Source: an uncultured Lentisphaeria bacterium
GTDB taxonomy: Bacteria > Verrucomicrobiota > Lentisphaeria > Victivallales > Victivallaceae
DNA: 64,000 nucleotides
Direction: 5' to 3'
NCBI GenBank assembly: GCA_949298075.1
Contig: CASFVA010000033.1
Span: 20,806-84,805, forward strand
Positions within the stretch are counted from its first letter, which is position 1. Each line of letters starts with the position of its first letter. Below, one piece after another: positions 1-8,671 of this stretch. Position numbers and translations under genes: made by a program. The notes beneath the pieces are model-generated. The model was not told the origin of the DNA, did not search any database, and saw only the letters and a list, made by a program, of their open reading frames with translations.

Positions 1-561
1 GATCCGGAACAGACCGGCACCTGGCCGGATCTGCGGCGGGCGCAGGCTGCCGCCCTCGCCCTGCCCCGTACCGGCATGGCGGTGCTGATCGACGCCGGTG
101 AAGCCCTGGACATCCATCCGATCAACAAACTGGTGGCGGGACAACGGCTGGCAGCGCATGCCCTGCGCAATGAGTATCTGGTCGAAGACATCGCTGTAAA
201 CGGACCAATTCCGACCGGAGTCGAAGTCGACGGTGACGCGGTTGTCATCAGCTTCCAAAAACTCCACGGCGGACTGGTCGCCCGGCCGTTGCCGGAAACT
301 TACGATCTGGCCCGGATCCGGCAGCGCAAAGCGAAACTGATCCGCAATTCCCCCGACAGCGAACTCGAAGGATTCGCCCTGCGCGACGCCGACGGCCGCT
401 GGCACTGGGCCAATGCGGTCATCACCGGTGATATGGTCAAAGTCTCTTCTCCGGCAGTGTCCAAACCCACGGCGGTCCGCTACGCCTGGCAGGACAATCC
501 CACCTGCAATCTCTACAATAAGGCGGGGTTGCCGGCCGCCCCGTTTGAACGTGAACTGTAA
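1..561 (+). CDS. Sialate O-acetylesterase / SGNH-DUF303 family carbohydrate esterase, C-terminal fragment (5' end lies upstream of the window)
   Basis: Frame 1 is open from nt 1 into the track ORF 76..561. The motifs GMAVLIDAGEALDIHPINKLVAGQRLA and the C-terminal VRYAWQDNPTCNLYNKAGLPAAPFERE are typical of sialic-acid-specific 9-O-acetylesterase family ends. Confidence 0.6.
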   Translation, partial: DPEQTGTWPDLRRAQAAALALPRTGMAVLIDAGEALDIHPINKLVAGQRLAAHALRNEYLVEDIAVNGPIPTGVEVDGDAVVISFQKLHGGLVARPLPETYDLARIRQRKAKLIRNSPDSELEGFALRDADGRWHWANAVITGDMVKVSSPAVSKPTAVRYAWQDNPTCNLYNKAGLPAAPFEREL

Positions 562-630
562 AAGAACGCGCCGCCCGGAGTCATAACTCTCCCGGGCGGC
601 TTTTCTTATCAGGCCAAATCAGATCCGCGT

Positions 631-1650
631 TTATTTTCCGGCCAGCTTGATCCGGGGATCAGCCGCCAGATAGAGCAGGTCCGCCAGCAGAATTCCGGCC
701 AGAGTCAAACCGCCGGCAAAACAGAACAGCGCCATCTGCAACGGATAATCCCGGCTCGACAGCGCCAGCAGCGACAGCGACCCCATGCCCGGCAGATTGA
801 AAATGTATTCGACAATCACACTGCCGGCCACCAGCGACGGCAGCAATCCGCCGAACAGCGTGATCAGCGTAATCAGGGCATTGCGGAAAGCGTGATGCCA
901 GATCACCCGGTGTTCCGGCACCCCCTTGGCCCGGGCGGTGCGGATGAAATCACTGTGGATGACTTCCAGCATGCTGCCGCGGGCGTAACGCGAGAGCGCC
1001 GCCAGCCCGCCGTAGGCCAGACAGAATACCGGAAGCACGTAGCACCTGGCCGTGGCCAATGCATAGGCCCAGATCGACAGCCGATCAGCCCCCGGCACCG
1101 TCAGTCCTTTGAGCGGAAACCACGGCAGCGGTCCACCTTCGCACAGCAAAGACTGCAGCAGCAGCCCCACCCACATCACCGGCAGCGAATAGAGAATGAA
1201 CAATCCCGCCGCCGTCAGCTGATCGCACCAGCCGCCTTCGCGCATCGCCGTATACACTCCAATCGGAATGGCCAGCAAATACGTCAGAGCCACCGCCCAG
1301 CAGTTCAGGGTCAAAGTGACCGGCAGCCGCTCCCGAATCACCTCTGTGACCGGACGTCCGGGATCTACCGTGACCGATTCGCCGAAATCCCCTTCCAGCA
1401 GCACCGGTTTCAACCACAACACAAATCCCACCAGCACCGGCCGGTCCAGGTGCAGTTTTTCCCGCAGCGCGGTATTGCGCATGAGTCCGCCTTTGGCGGC
1501 GTCGACCGCCCCGCCCTGTCCCTCGGCGCTGAAGAGTTCACTCCGGGTGGGATCCCCCGGAGCCAGCCGCAGCAGTACATAGCTCACCAGCAGGATCGCC
1601 AGCAGCGTAAACATCGCCAGCAGCAGCCGTTTTATCAGATATTCCAGCAT
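631..1650 (-). CDS. ABC transporter permease, DppB/OppB-type (BPD_transp_1)
   Basis: 339 aa, 6 TM segments. Carries the permease EAA-like motif IRTARAKGVPEHRVIWHHAFRNALITL. No cognate ATPase or substrate-binding protein gene lies in the window. Confidence 0.7.
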   Translation of the reverse strand: MLEYLIKRLLLAMFTLLAILLVSYVLLRLAPGDPTRSELFSAEGQGGAVDAAKGGLMRNTALREKLHLDRPVLVGFVLWLKPVLLEGDFGESVTVDPGRPVTEVIRERLPVTLTLNCWAVALTYLLAIPIGVYTAMREGGWCDQLTAAGLFILYSLPVMWVGLLLQSLLCEGGPLPWFPLKGLTVPGADRLSIWAYALATARCYVLPVFCLAYGGLAALSRYARGSMLEVIHSDFIRTARAKGVPEHRVIWHHAFRNALITLITLFGGLLPSLVAGSVIVEYIFNLPGMGSLSLLALSSRDYPLQMALFCFAGGLTLAGILLADLLYLAADPRIKLAGK

Positions 1651-1653
1651 GGT

Positions 1654-2886
1654 TCAGTCCTTCTCCCCCGGAAACTCAACCGTCCGCAGACCGATCGCCC
1701 CCAGCGCAAACGGAACCGCCAGCAGCGCAATACCGTATTCAGACCGCCCCCACCACCAGGCCGCCAGTCCGACCAGCACCGGTCCCACGATCGTGGTGAA
1801 TTTGCCGAACAGATTGTACACGCTGAAATATTCCGCCGCCCTCCCCCCCGGAATCAGCCGGCTGTACAGAGAACGGCTCAGCGCCTGGATTCCTCCCTGG
1901 GAACTGCCGACCAGCACCGCAATCACAATAAACAGCACCAGCCGCCATCGCGGAGAATCTATCAGCGGAAAGGCACCGGCCAGTACTGCAATCGTCATGT
2001 ACACCCCGATCGCCGCCAGCACCGGGCGCCGTGCCGAAAACCTCCGGGCCGCCAGCCCGTACAGCAGTGTGCAGGGGAACGCCAGAAACTGCAGCCCCAG
2101 AATGATCACAATCAAACCCTCGTCCGACACACCGACATCCAGCGCCAGCGGAGCCGCCATCAGGTAAATGGTGCCGACACCGTCGATATAGAGAAAATAG
2201 GAAATCAGGAATCGCCGCAGATTGCGGTCCTGCCAGATGTGCTTCAGAACCCCGCCGGCCTTCTCCGCCGGGGAGCCGGTCCGGCGTCGCTCCCGAACGG
2301 CGAAAAAAAGCGGCAGCGACAATCCCGTCCACCAGAGCGCCGCAATGAGAAAGGACCACCTGATCACCGCCAGCCGGTCGGACCACACCAGACTGAGCCC
2401 CAGACAGACTATGAATGGAATCACCCCGCCCACATATCCGACCGCGTAGGAAAAACTTGACAATCCATGCCGCCCGGCGCGGGACGCCACATCGTTGAGC
2501 ATCGCGTCATAAAAACTGTTGGCCGCCATGTAGGACGCCAGACCGACGAAACTCAAAAGCAGAATGAGTCGCCAGTCTCCGGCGAACGCCAGGCCGACCG
2601 TGGCCGCCGCCCCGGTCAGAACAAATCCGCCCAGAAACCACTTTTTGCGGCGGGCCCGGTCGGCATAGGGGCCCAGCACCAGGGATATCGCTCCCGCAGC
2701 AATGCCGGCCGCGCTCGCCGCGTATCCCCAGGCACTGGTGGCCGCCGCCTCGCCGAGCGCGGCATCGGCCGCATATTTGAACAACAGCGGCGCAAACACA
2801 GTGCGCACTATCAACGCATAAGCGGCGTTGGCCGGATCATACAGCAGCCAGGCCAGCCGGGCGCGATTGAATTTCATAAGTTTCAT
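1654..2886 (-). CDS. MFS transporter
   Basis: 410 aa with about 12 hydrophobic segments and an MFS-like loop (GPYADRARRKKWF). It lies 3 nt upstream of the permease gene on the same strand. Confidence 0.7.
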   Translation of the reverse strand: MKLMKFNRARLAWLLYDPANAAYALIVRTVFAPLLFKYAADAALGEAAATSAWGYAASAAGIAAGAISLVLGPYADRARRKKWFLGGFVLTGAAATVGLAFAGDWRLILLLSFVGLASYMAANSFYDAMLNDVASRAGRHGLSSFSYAVGYVGGVIPFIVCLGLSLVWSDRLAVIRWSFLIAALWWTGLSLPLFFAVRERRRTGSPAEKAGGVLKHIWQDRNLRRFLISYFLYIDGVGTIYLMAAPLALDVGVSDEGLIVIILGLQFLAFPCTLLYGLAARRFSARRPVLAAIGVYMTIAVLAGAFPLIDSPRWRLVLFIVIAVLVGSSQGGIQALSRSLYSRLIPGGRAAEYFSVYNLFGKFTTIVGPVLVGLAAWWWGRSEYGIALLAVPFALGAIGLRTVEFPGEKD

Positions 2887-3571
2887 CCGCAGATCTCACA
2901 TGCTCCGCTCCCCGGCATCCGGCTCTGTTTGGACCGGAACGCCGACCGTTCAATATACCGCCTCCCCCTGCGGTTTTCAAGCCGGCTCCGGTTCCCGCTC
3001 CCCCCCCTGCACCCGCTTGTTAATAACTTGTTAATAAAAAGTGCCGCTTTTCGTTTTTTTTTCGTAAACCACCGCCGTCAGCCGAGATACATTTTTTGAG
3101 TTCCCCATCCGCCGTTCGTCCCGCCCGGCCGGGTGGCTGCCGGTCGCTTTTCCGCCTAAAATAGCTGTAATACACCTACTATCAAGCGGTTTGCCGGAAT
3201 GATGAAAAAATGCGTATTTTTCAGTCGGAAATCTCGTAACTTCCTGATCTGTTGCAAAGGAACTGCCGGTTGTCAATAACTTGATCCCGGCCGGTTCAAC
3301 CGTCGGAATCCCGATCATGCCGCCTCCTTGATCTATTTGCAAAAACTTCCATTCTGCGCTATTTTAAATTCAGGTCATCCGGATCAGTCCGGTCGTCGGT
3401 TTTCATCGGCCGCGGACTCCCTTTCTGAATGGTTGTTCCGATGCGTCAGCATTGGATCGGCCTCGGGGTTTTTTGTCCCCGACGGCCACGGAAAGAAATG
3501 CCGGAAACTGCGGTTGATTTTGAGGAATGAATGACGGCGGAGCTGCCTCGGCGGGTCCGACCGGATTCAGC

Positions 3572-3708
3572 CCGGAGCCGTGAACTGAAACGGCGGCCGG
3601 GGGGCTGTGAAGTTGACGTGGAACGGCAGCTGTGGAGAGCGCCGGAGCCGTGACCTGAACCGGCGGCCGGGGGCTGTGAAGTTGACGTGGAACGGCAGCA
3701 GAGGAAAG
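3572..3708. repeat. Tandem direct repeat, 2 copies of about 68 bp (ccggagccgtgaMctgaaMcggcggccgggggctgtgaagttgacgtggaacggcagc...)
   Basis: Read directly: copy 1 at about 3572-3640 and copy 2 at about 3641-3708, more than 90% identical. It sits in the long intergenic region upstream of dnaA and creates the Pro-rich spurious ORFs 3403..3813 and 3567..3806. Confidence 0.8.
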
Positions 3709-3730
3709 CCGGCTGGCTGGCAAGGCGGAG

Positions 3731-3778
3731 CCGGAATTGAAATATATATATAGTTTAAATATACAAGATAAGGATGTG
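3731..3778. other. AT-rich island (candidate DNA-unwinding element) upstream of dnaA
   Basis: aattgaaatatatatatagtttaaatatacaagataagga is an extreme AT-rich stretch in an otherwise high-GC context, about 230 nt upstream of the dnaA start codon. Confidence 0.4.
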
Positions 3779-4008
3779 CCTGACCGGTTCTCCGGTCCGT
3801 AAACACCGTGCATTTAAAATATCGCAGCCGGAAACCGGTGCTTGCGGCTGGCTACTGCCAGTTGGCCGGCGGTGGCGTCCGGCGTTGTGAAGGCGGGGCG
3901 AAGCGGTGCTTCAATCGGATCTGGTCAATCACTCCGCAGGTCGTTCCGGAACACCGGGCCCTCCGGGCCGCGGTTTCCGGAAATCAAGTTCAAGGTAACA
4001 ACAGCAAC

Positions 4009-5409
4009 ATGAGTTCGGATCAATCCAACGCGGTCGCGCTTTGGGCCGTGGCGTCCCGCCGCCTGCTGCAGCGCAATGAACTTCTGTTTCGGCAGTGGTT
4101 CTGCAATCTCATACCGTTGACCGTCACCGATCAGGTGATTCGTCTCGGCGTTCCGGACGATTTCTTCGGCACAGTCGTCAGCGAACAGTACGACGACCTC
4201 ATCCTTGATGCCCTCCGCGGAATCGACGGAGCCGACTACCGTTACGAATTTGAAAGCGGTCATCTGCCTGCGGCGGCGGTCGTTCCGCCACCGGCTCCCG
4301 CCGCCGTTCCGGCCGCTCCGGCCCCGGAAACCCAGCCGGCCTCGCCTTTCACAGTCAAATCCCGCCCCCGCTGGCAGGAGGGCGTTTTGCATGAATTCAC
4401 TTTCGAAAACTTCGTCGTAAGCGAAGCCAACCGTCACGCATTCGCCGCCGCCGGTGTGGCCGCCACCGAACCTGGTCTCTACAATCCGTTGTTCCTGCAC
4501 GGCAGCAACGGCGTCGGCAAAACCCACCTGCTCCGGGCGATTGCCCATGAAATGCGCCGGCTGCATCCTGACTGGGTGATTCGCTGCACCACCAGCGACG
4601 AATTGATCAACGGGTTCTATGAGCTGATGATGCAGAAACGCAGCCTCGCCGCGTTCCGGTCCGAAGTGTGTGACGTCGATGCGCTGCTGATTGACGACGT
4701 TCACAACCTCTCCAAGAAAAAACAGCTGCAGGACGACTTTTTCCACATTTTCAACACTCTGCACGGGCGCAACAAACAGATTGTGTTCACCAGCGACCGG
4801 CAGCCCTGCGAAATTCCCGACATTGAAGCCCGGCTCAGCACCCGGTTTGAATCGGGCATGGTCTCCGAAGTCTGCATGCCCGAATACGAAGCAAGGCTGG
4901 TGATCCTGCGCAAATGGCGCGCGGAAATGATCACGCAGACTCCGCTGGATGATCAGTTCCTGGAGTTTCTGGCCTCCAACATCACATCCAGTGTGCGGCG
5001 GCTGAAAAGCGCTTTTCTGCGTCTGGCCACCCATGCTTCGCTCAGCGGCAATGACCACCTCTCGCTCTCCGAGGCGGAGGATCTGCTTCATGTTCAAATT
5101 TCCCAGGAAGCGGCGGCGCGGGGGATTTCCCTTGAAAGCATTCAGCATGTGGTCGCCTCCCAGTTCGGTCTGACCAATGCGGATCTGCTCGGCAAAAAAC
5201 GCTCCCGCCGCTTTGCCGAACCCAGGATGATCGCCATGTTTCTGGCCCGGGAGCTGACCTCGCACTCCTCGACGGAAATCGGCGCCGCGTTCGGCCGCAA
5301 TCACGCAACCGTGCTTTACGCCGAAAAGCAGATTCCCGAGCTCTGCCGCTACAATGAGGACATCCGCAGTGCAGTTTCTCAGCTGCGCCGCCAACTCCAG
5401 CGCAAATAG
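4009..5409 (+). CDS. dnaA: Chromosomal replication initiator protein DnaA
   Basis: The N-terminus MSSDQSNAVALWAVASRRLLQ is a typical DnaA domain I. The AAA+ Walker A is GSNGVGKTHLL, Walker B is LLIDDVHNL and sensor/box VII is FTSDRQP. The C-terminal domain IV DNA-binding helix-turn-helix is RRFAEPRMIAMFLARELTSHSSTEIGAAFGRNHATVLYA. I chose ATG 4009 over the track start at 3808. Confidence 0.9.
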   Translation: MSSDQSNAVALWAVASRRLLQRNELLFRQWFCNLIPLTVTDQVIRLGVPDDFFGTVVSEQYDDLILDALRGIDGADYRYEFESGHLPAAAVVPPPAPAAVPAAPAPETQPASPFTVKSRPRWQEGVLHEFTFENFVVSEANRHAFAAAGVAATEPGLYNPLFLHGSNGVGKTHLLRAIAHEMRRLHPDWVIRCTTSDELINGFYELMMQKRSLAAFRSEVCDVDALLIDDVHNLSKKKQLQDDFFHIFNTLHGRNKQIVFTSDRQPCEIPDIEARLSTRFESGMVSEVCMPEYEARLVILRKWRAEMITQTPLDDQFLEFLASNITSSVRRLKSAFLRLATHASLSGNDHLSLSEAEDLLHVQISQEAAARGISLESIQHVVASQFGLTNADLLGKKRSRRFAEPRMIAMFLARELTSHSSTEIGAAFGRNHATVLYAEKQIPELCRYNEDIRSAVSQLRRQLQRK

Positions 5410-5771
5410 CCTCTTCGCTTCGCTCCGCGCCGGCCCGACCGGAGGGATCGCCGGTGAATTCCTCCGGCGGCCCCGAGGACTGTTTCCGCCGCCCCGGGAT
5501 CAGAAATGGCGCGGTCGTTCCGCAAGTAAATTCGCACCGGATGAAACGGCGCCGCGATGCGGCCGCCGGAATCAGCCCCGGTTCAATCCGGCAGTTTGGG
5601 ATCATCGCCATTCCGGCCATCCCCGGCAGATCTCAGAGGCTCCGGCGGCGGTCGCCATCCGCTTCAAACACCAGAATTCATCAGGTCGGAACCGGAGGCA
5701 GACCTGGCAAAAAGAAAATTGCAGAATGTAAAATATTGTGTAAAAAAAAACGGTTTTTCAGGGAGAACCCC

Positions 5772-5800
5772 TTGCCGTTTCCATCATTGCTGGGTATAAT
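5772..5800 (+). promoter_or_regulatory. Sigma70-like promoter (TTGCCG-17nt-TATAAT) for the DUF1559 pseudopilin gene
   Basis: Read directly: TTGCCG at 5772-5777, a 17-nt spacer, then TATAAT at 5795-5800. The RBS gaaaggaaagtgg precedes ATG 5910. Confidence 0.45.
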
Positions 5801-5909
5801 ATACACGTAAATGCCGAATCGGAGCAATCGCGGGGCGGCGTTTATTATTATAAACACAGGCAAAGCAGGGGTACAACCCAAAACTTCTACGAAAGGAAAG
5901 TGGTAAAAA

Positions 5910-6548
5910 ATGAGAAAAAGTCGTACCTTCACTCTGATCGAGCTTTTGGTGGTGATCGCTATTATCGCGATTCTGGCTTCGATGCTGCTGCCCGCGCTGA
6001 ACAGCGCCCGCGAGCGCGCCAACCGCACCAAGTGCACCAGCAACCTGAAGCAGGTCGGTACCGCGGTTATGCTCTATGCTGATTCCAACAACAGCAAGGC
6101 TCCGAACGTTCCGGGACGTCTCGGCAGCGACGGCGGCAACTACAAGGATACCGAAGGTTATGCCGGTCTGGAACTGCTGCGCGCCAACAACTATCTGCAG
6201 GCTCCCAACGTCTACATCTGCGCTTCCAGCTCCGCCAGCGCTTCCGATGACACCGATGAGTCCCTGAGCTATACTGAAGGCAACGTTTCCTACACCTTCC
6301 AGCTCGGTCTCTCCACGCTGGACAACACCTCCACCGGCCGTCCGGATTCCGGTCTTGCCGCCGACCTCAACCGCGGCTCGGGCAAGCTGACCGGTGCCAA
6401 CCACACCGACTTCGGTAACATTCTGTACCTCGACGGCCACGTGCAGGGCCACAATGGCACCAAGTGGTTCACCAAGGACAACGCCGGTTATCCGGAGGCC
6501 GGCAGTGAGACGATTCTTGATCCCAACGTCTTCGACGACGCTGAGTAA
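5910..6548 (+). CDS. Prepilin-type N-terminal cleavage/methylation domain protein with DUF1559 (H-X9-DG) domain; PVC-type pseudopilin
   Basis: The N-terminus [30 protein letters not shown] is a class III signal peptide with G-1/F+1/E+5-like features. The C-terminal motif [14 protein letters not shown] matches the H-X9-DG signature of DUF1559 proteins that are massively expanded in Planctomycetota, Verrucomicrobiota and Lentisphaerota. Confidence 0.85.
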   Translation: MRKSRTFTLIELLVVIAIIAILASMLLPALNSARERANRTKCTSNLKQVGTAVMLYADSNNSKAPNVPGRLGSDGGNYKDTEGYAGLELLRANNYLQAPNVYICASSSASASDDTDESLSYTEGNVSYTFQLGLSTLDNTSTGRPDSGLAADLNRGSGKLTGANHTDFGNILYLDGHVQGHNGTKWFTKDNAGYPEAGSETILDPNVFDDAE

Positions 6549-6570
6549 GTCAGATCTGAATCAGATTCAG

Positions 6571-6599
6571 GAGAGGATGGTGACATCCTCTCTTTTTTT
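6571..6599 (+). terminator. Rho-independent terminator after the pseudopilin gene
   Basis: GAGAGGATG-GTGA-CATCCTCTC hairpin followed by TTTTTTT (6593-6599). Confidence 0.75.
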
Positions 6600-7216
6600 A
6601 CCTCATTCCGGCACGGCAGCTGGGCAAGTTGGAAATAAGGCAGCCGGAAGCTTGAATTATCTCTTCCCCGAACGGCAGATTTACATATCCGGAAAGCAAT
6701 GCGGAACATTGGCCCGGCTTTCATGCGGAATTCTCAAATTCGCCTTGCCCCTATTGGTGCACCAACGGGATTCATGACATTCAAAATCGGGTATGAAAAA
6801 AGAAAGAGCGCGATAAGGAAACCCTTTTTTCAAAAGCTGTTTTCCTCCCGCCCCGGGCTCATGGTATAATCGCTCAGCTGATGAACCATTTCCATTCGAA
6901 ATGGCTGCCAGGAAACATTCCGGCTGGCGCTCCCGAACGGCGAGGCCTGAAGCCAATTCCCATCCCTGCGCCGGCATAATAAAAGCGATGCCAAACCGAC
7001 GCCAGCGCCGACTTCCTCACTCCCGACCGGTCACCTGAATCAGCGCCCTGCCCGAAAGCGCCCTGCCATGGGGTCATAAATGTGGCGTCCGTGACACTCC
7101 GGCGGACAATTTTCCGGCAACGACAGACCGGACCAAACCGCGGCCGGGCAGTGTCGCCGGCACAGCCTGACAACAAGCGGCCGGTCCCCGAATCGGAACC
7201 GGCCGCCAGGTGAAAC

Positions 7217-8416
7217 TCAGTTCAGCTCGGCTGGATAATGTGAACGCATGATGCCCAGCTCCAGGCCGCGCAATTCAGCCAGCCCGCGCATGCGCCCCAG
7301 ACCGCCGTAGCCTGGATTGGGACAGGGCGGCTTGAGCAGATCATCCATGATGTCAGGACCGTGATCGGGACGGATCGGAATCCGCCAGTCGGATCGTCCG
7401 GCCTTGCGGCGGCGGATCTGCTCTTCACAGGCCGCCTTGACCAGCTCATACATATCAACCCGGCCGCCAAGATGTGATGCCTCGTAAAAATTTCCGCCTT
7501 CAATCTGGGTGCTGCGCAAATGCATGAATCCAACCCGGTCGGCGCAGGATTTAAACATCCTGACCACATCATTGTCGCGGCGGGCACTGAAACTGCCGGC
7601 GCAGAAGCAGACTCCGTTGGCGGGATCATCCACCATTCCGAGCAGTTTCTGAATGTCGTCGATGGTGCTGAAAATCCGGGGCAGTCCGAGAATCGACCGC
7701 GGCGGATCGTCAGGGTGAATCACCATGATGCAACCGGCGTCCCGGGCCGCCGGCACCACTTCGCTGAGAAAGTTGTAAAGATTCTCCTCCAGCCGCTCGC
7801 GGGTAAATCCGCGATACCGGGCGAGCATGTCCCGAACGTCCTCCAGCGTCACGCCTTTGAACCCGGGAAAATTGTCGATGATCGACCGCCGCAGCCTGAA
7901 GCTCTCATGATCAGAAAGGCCCCGGAAATATTCATCGGCTTTATGCAGGGTATCCGCCGAATAATCAGCCTCGGCTCCTTCGCGTTTCAAAATGAACAAT
8001 TCAAATGCCGCGAACTGAACCTCGTCGAAAAACAGTGTCGTCGAGCCGTCCGGCATCCGGTGGTGCAGATCGGTCCGCACCCAGTCCAGCACCGGCATGA
8101 AATTGTAGGTGATCACCCGCGGCCCGACCTTGCCCAGATTGCGCAGCGACTGCTTATAGACCTCGATATACTGTTTGGCGGCGGGAGCTCCGGTTTTGAT
8201 GTCCTCATGAACCGGCAGGCTTTCCACCACACTCCAGGTCAGGCCGGCAGCTTCGATCATCTTACGGCGCTCCAGAATCGCCTCCTCGGTCCACAGCTTG
8301 CCGTAAGGCACATAGTGGAGTGAAGTCACGATGCCGGTCGCACCGGTTTGCGGAATAAAATTAAGCGGCACCGGATCCTCCGGGCCGTACCACCGAAATG
8401 TCGGTTCCAGAAACAT
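7217..8416 (-). CDS. uxuA: Mannonate dehydratase
   Basis: 399 aa with full-length similarity to UxuA: FRWYGP, YNFMPVLDWVRTDL, HPDDPPR, LGLPRI, IRPDHG. Confidence 0.9.
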   Translation of the reverse strand: MFLEPTFRWYGPEDPVPLNFIPQTGATGIVTSLHYVPYGKLWTEEAILERRKMIEAAGLTWSVVESLPVHEDIKTGAPAAKQYIEVYKQSLRNLGKVGPRVITYNFMPVLDWVRTDLHHRMPDGSTTLFFDEVQFAAFELFILKREGAEADYSADTLHKADEYFRGLSDHESFRLRRSIIDNFPGFKGVTLEDVRDMLARYRGFTRERLEENLYNFLSEVVPAARDAGCIMVIHPDDPPRSILGLPRIFSTIDDIQKLLGMVDDPANGVCFCAGSFSARRDNDVVRMFKSCADRVGFMHLRSTQIEGGNFYEASHLGGRVDMYELVKAACEEQIRRRKAGRSDWRIPIRPDHGPDIMDDLLKPPCPNPGYGGLGRMRGLAELRGLELGIMRSHYPAELN

Positions 8417-8600
8417 ATCGCCCTCCGTAGCTGGTTAGAAAAACATCGATATAAAAATACTCCATTTTTGGCAAAATTCAAGTCTCCGCCAGCTGAAAAT
8501 CGCGGGAAAATCGGAAAACCGGCCTCAAATGAACCTCCAAAACGCTAAATCAACATCGTGCGCTCCGGAGATTCCGGAGCCTGAGACCGTTCCGGATGAC

Positions 8601-8628
8601 AAAAAAAACCGGCTCCATCCGGAGCCGG
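8601..8628 (-). terminator. Rho-independent terminator for the minus-strand gene ending at 8672
   Basis: On the minus strand a CCGGCTCC-GGAT-GGAGCCGG hairpin is followed by TTTTTTTT (an A-run at 8601-8608 on the plus strand). Confidence 0.65.
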
Positions 8629-8671
8629 CCAGATTCTGCTGCCGGCGGGGAGCCCCTGCCGGCCAGTCCGG

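Noticed and set aside
892-2460. 522-aa Arg/Gln/His/Pro-rich ORF on the plus strand
   Set aside because: It lies antisense to the ABC permease and MFS transporter genes. The compositionally biased translation has no domain features, so it is a high-GC artefact.
3403-3813. Pro-rich 136-aa and 79-aa minus-strand ORFs in the dnaA upstream region
   Set aside because: They are generated by the 68-bp tandem repeat (repeated PAALSTAAVPRQLHSP peptide) and are best explained as non-coding origin-region repeats.
3925-5394. 489-aa ORF antisense to dnaA
   Set aside because: It runs entirely inside the well-supported dnaA frame on the opposite strand. Its low-complexity Gly/Arg-rich translation is typical of GC-rich antisense frames.
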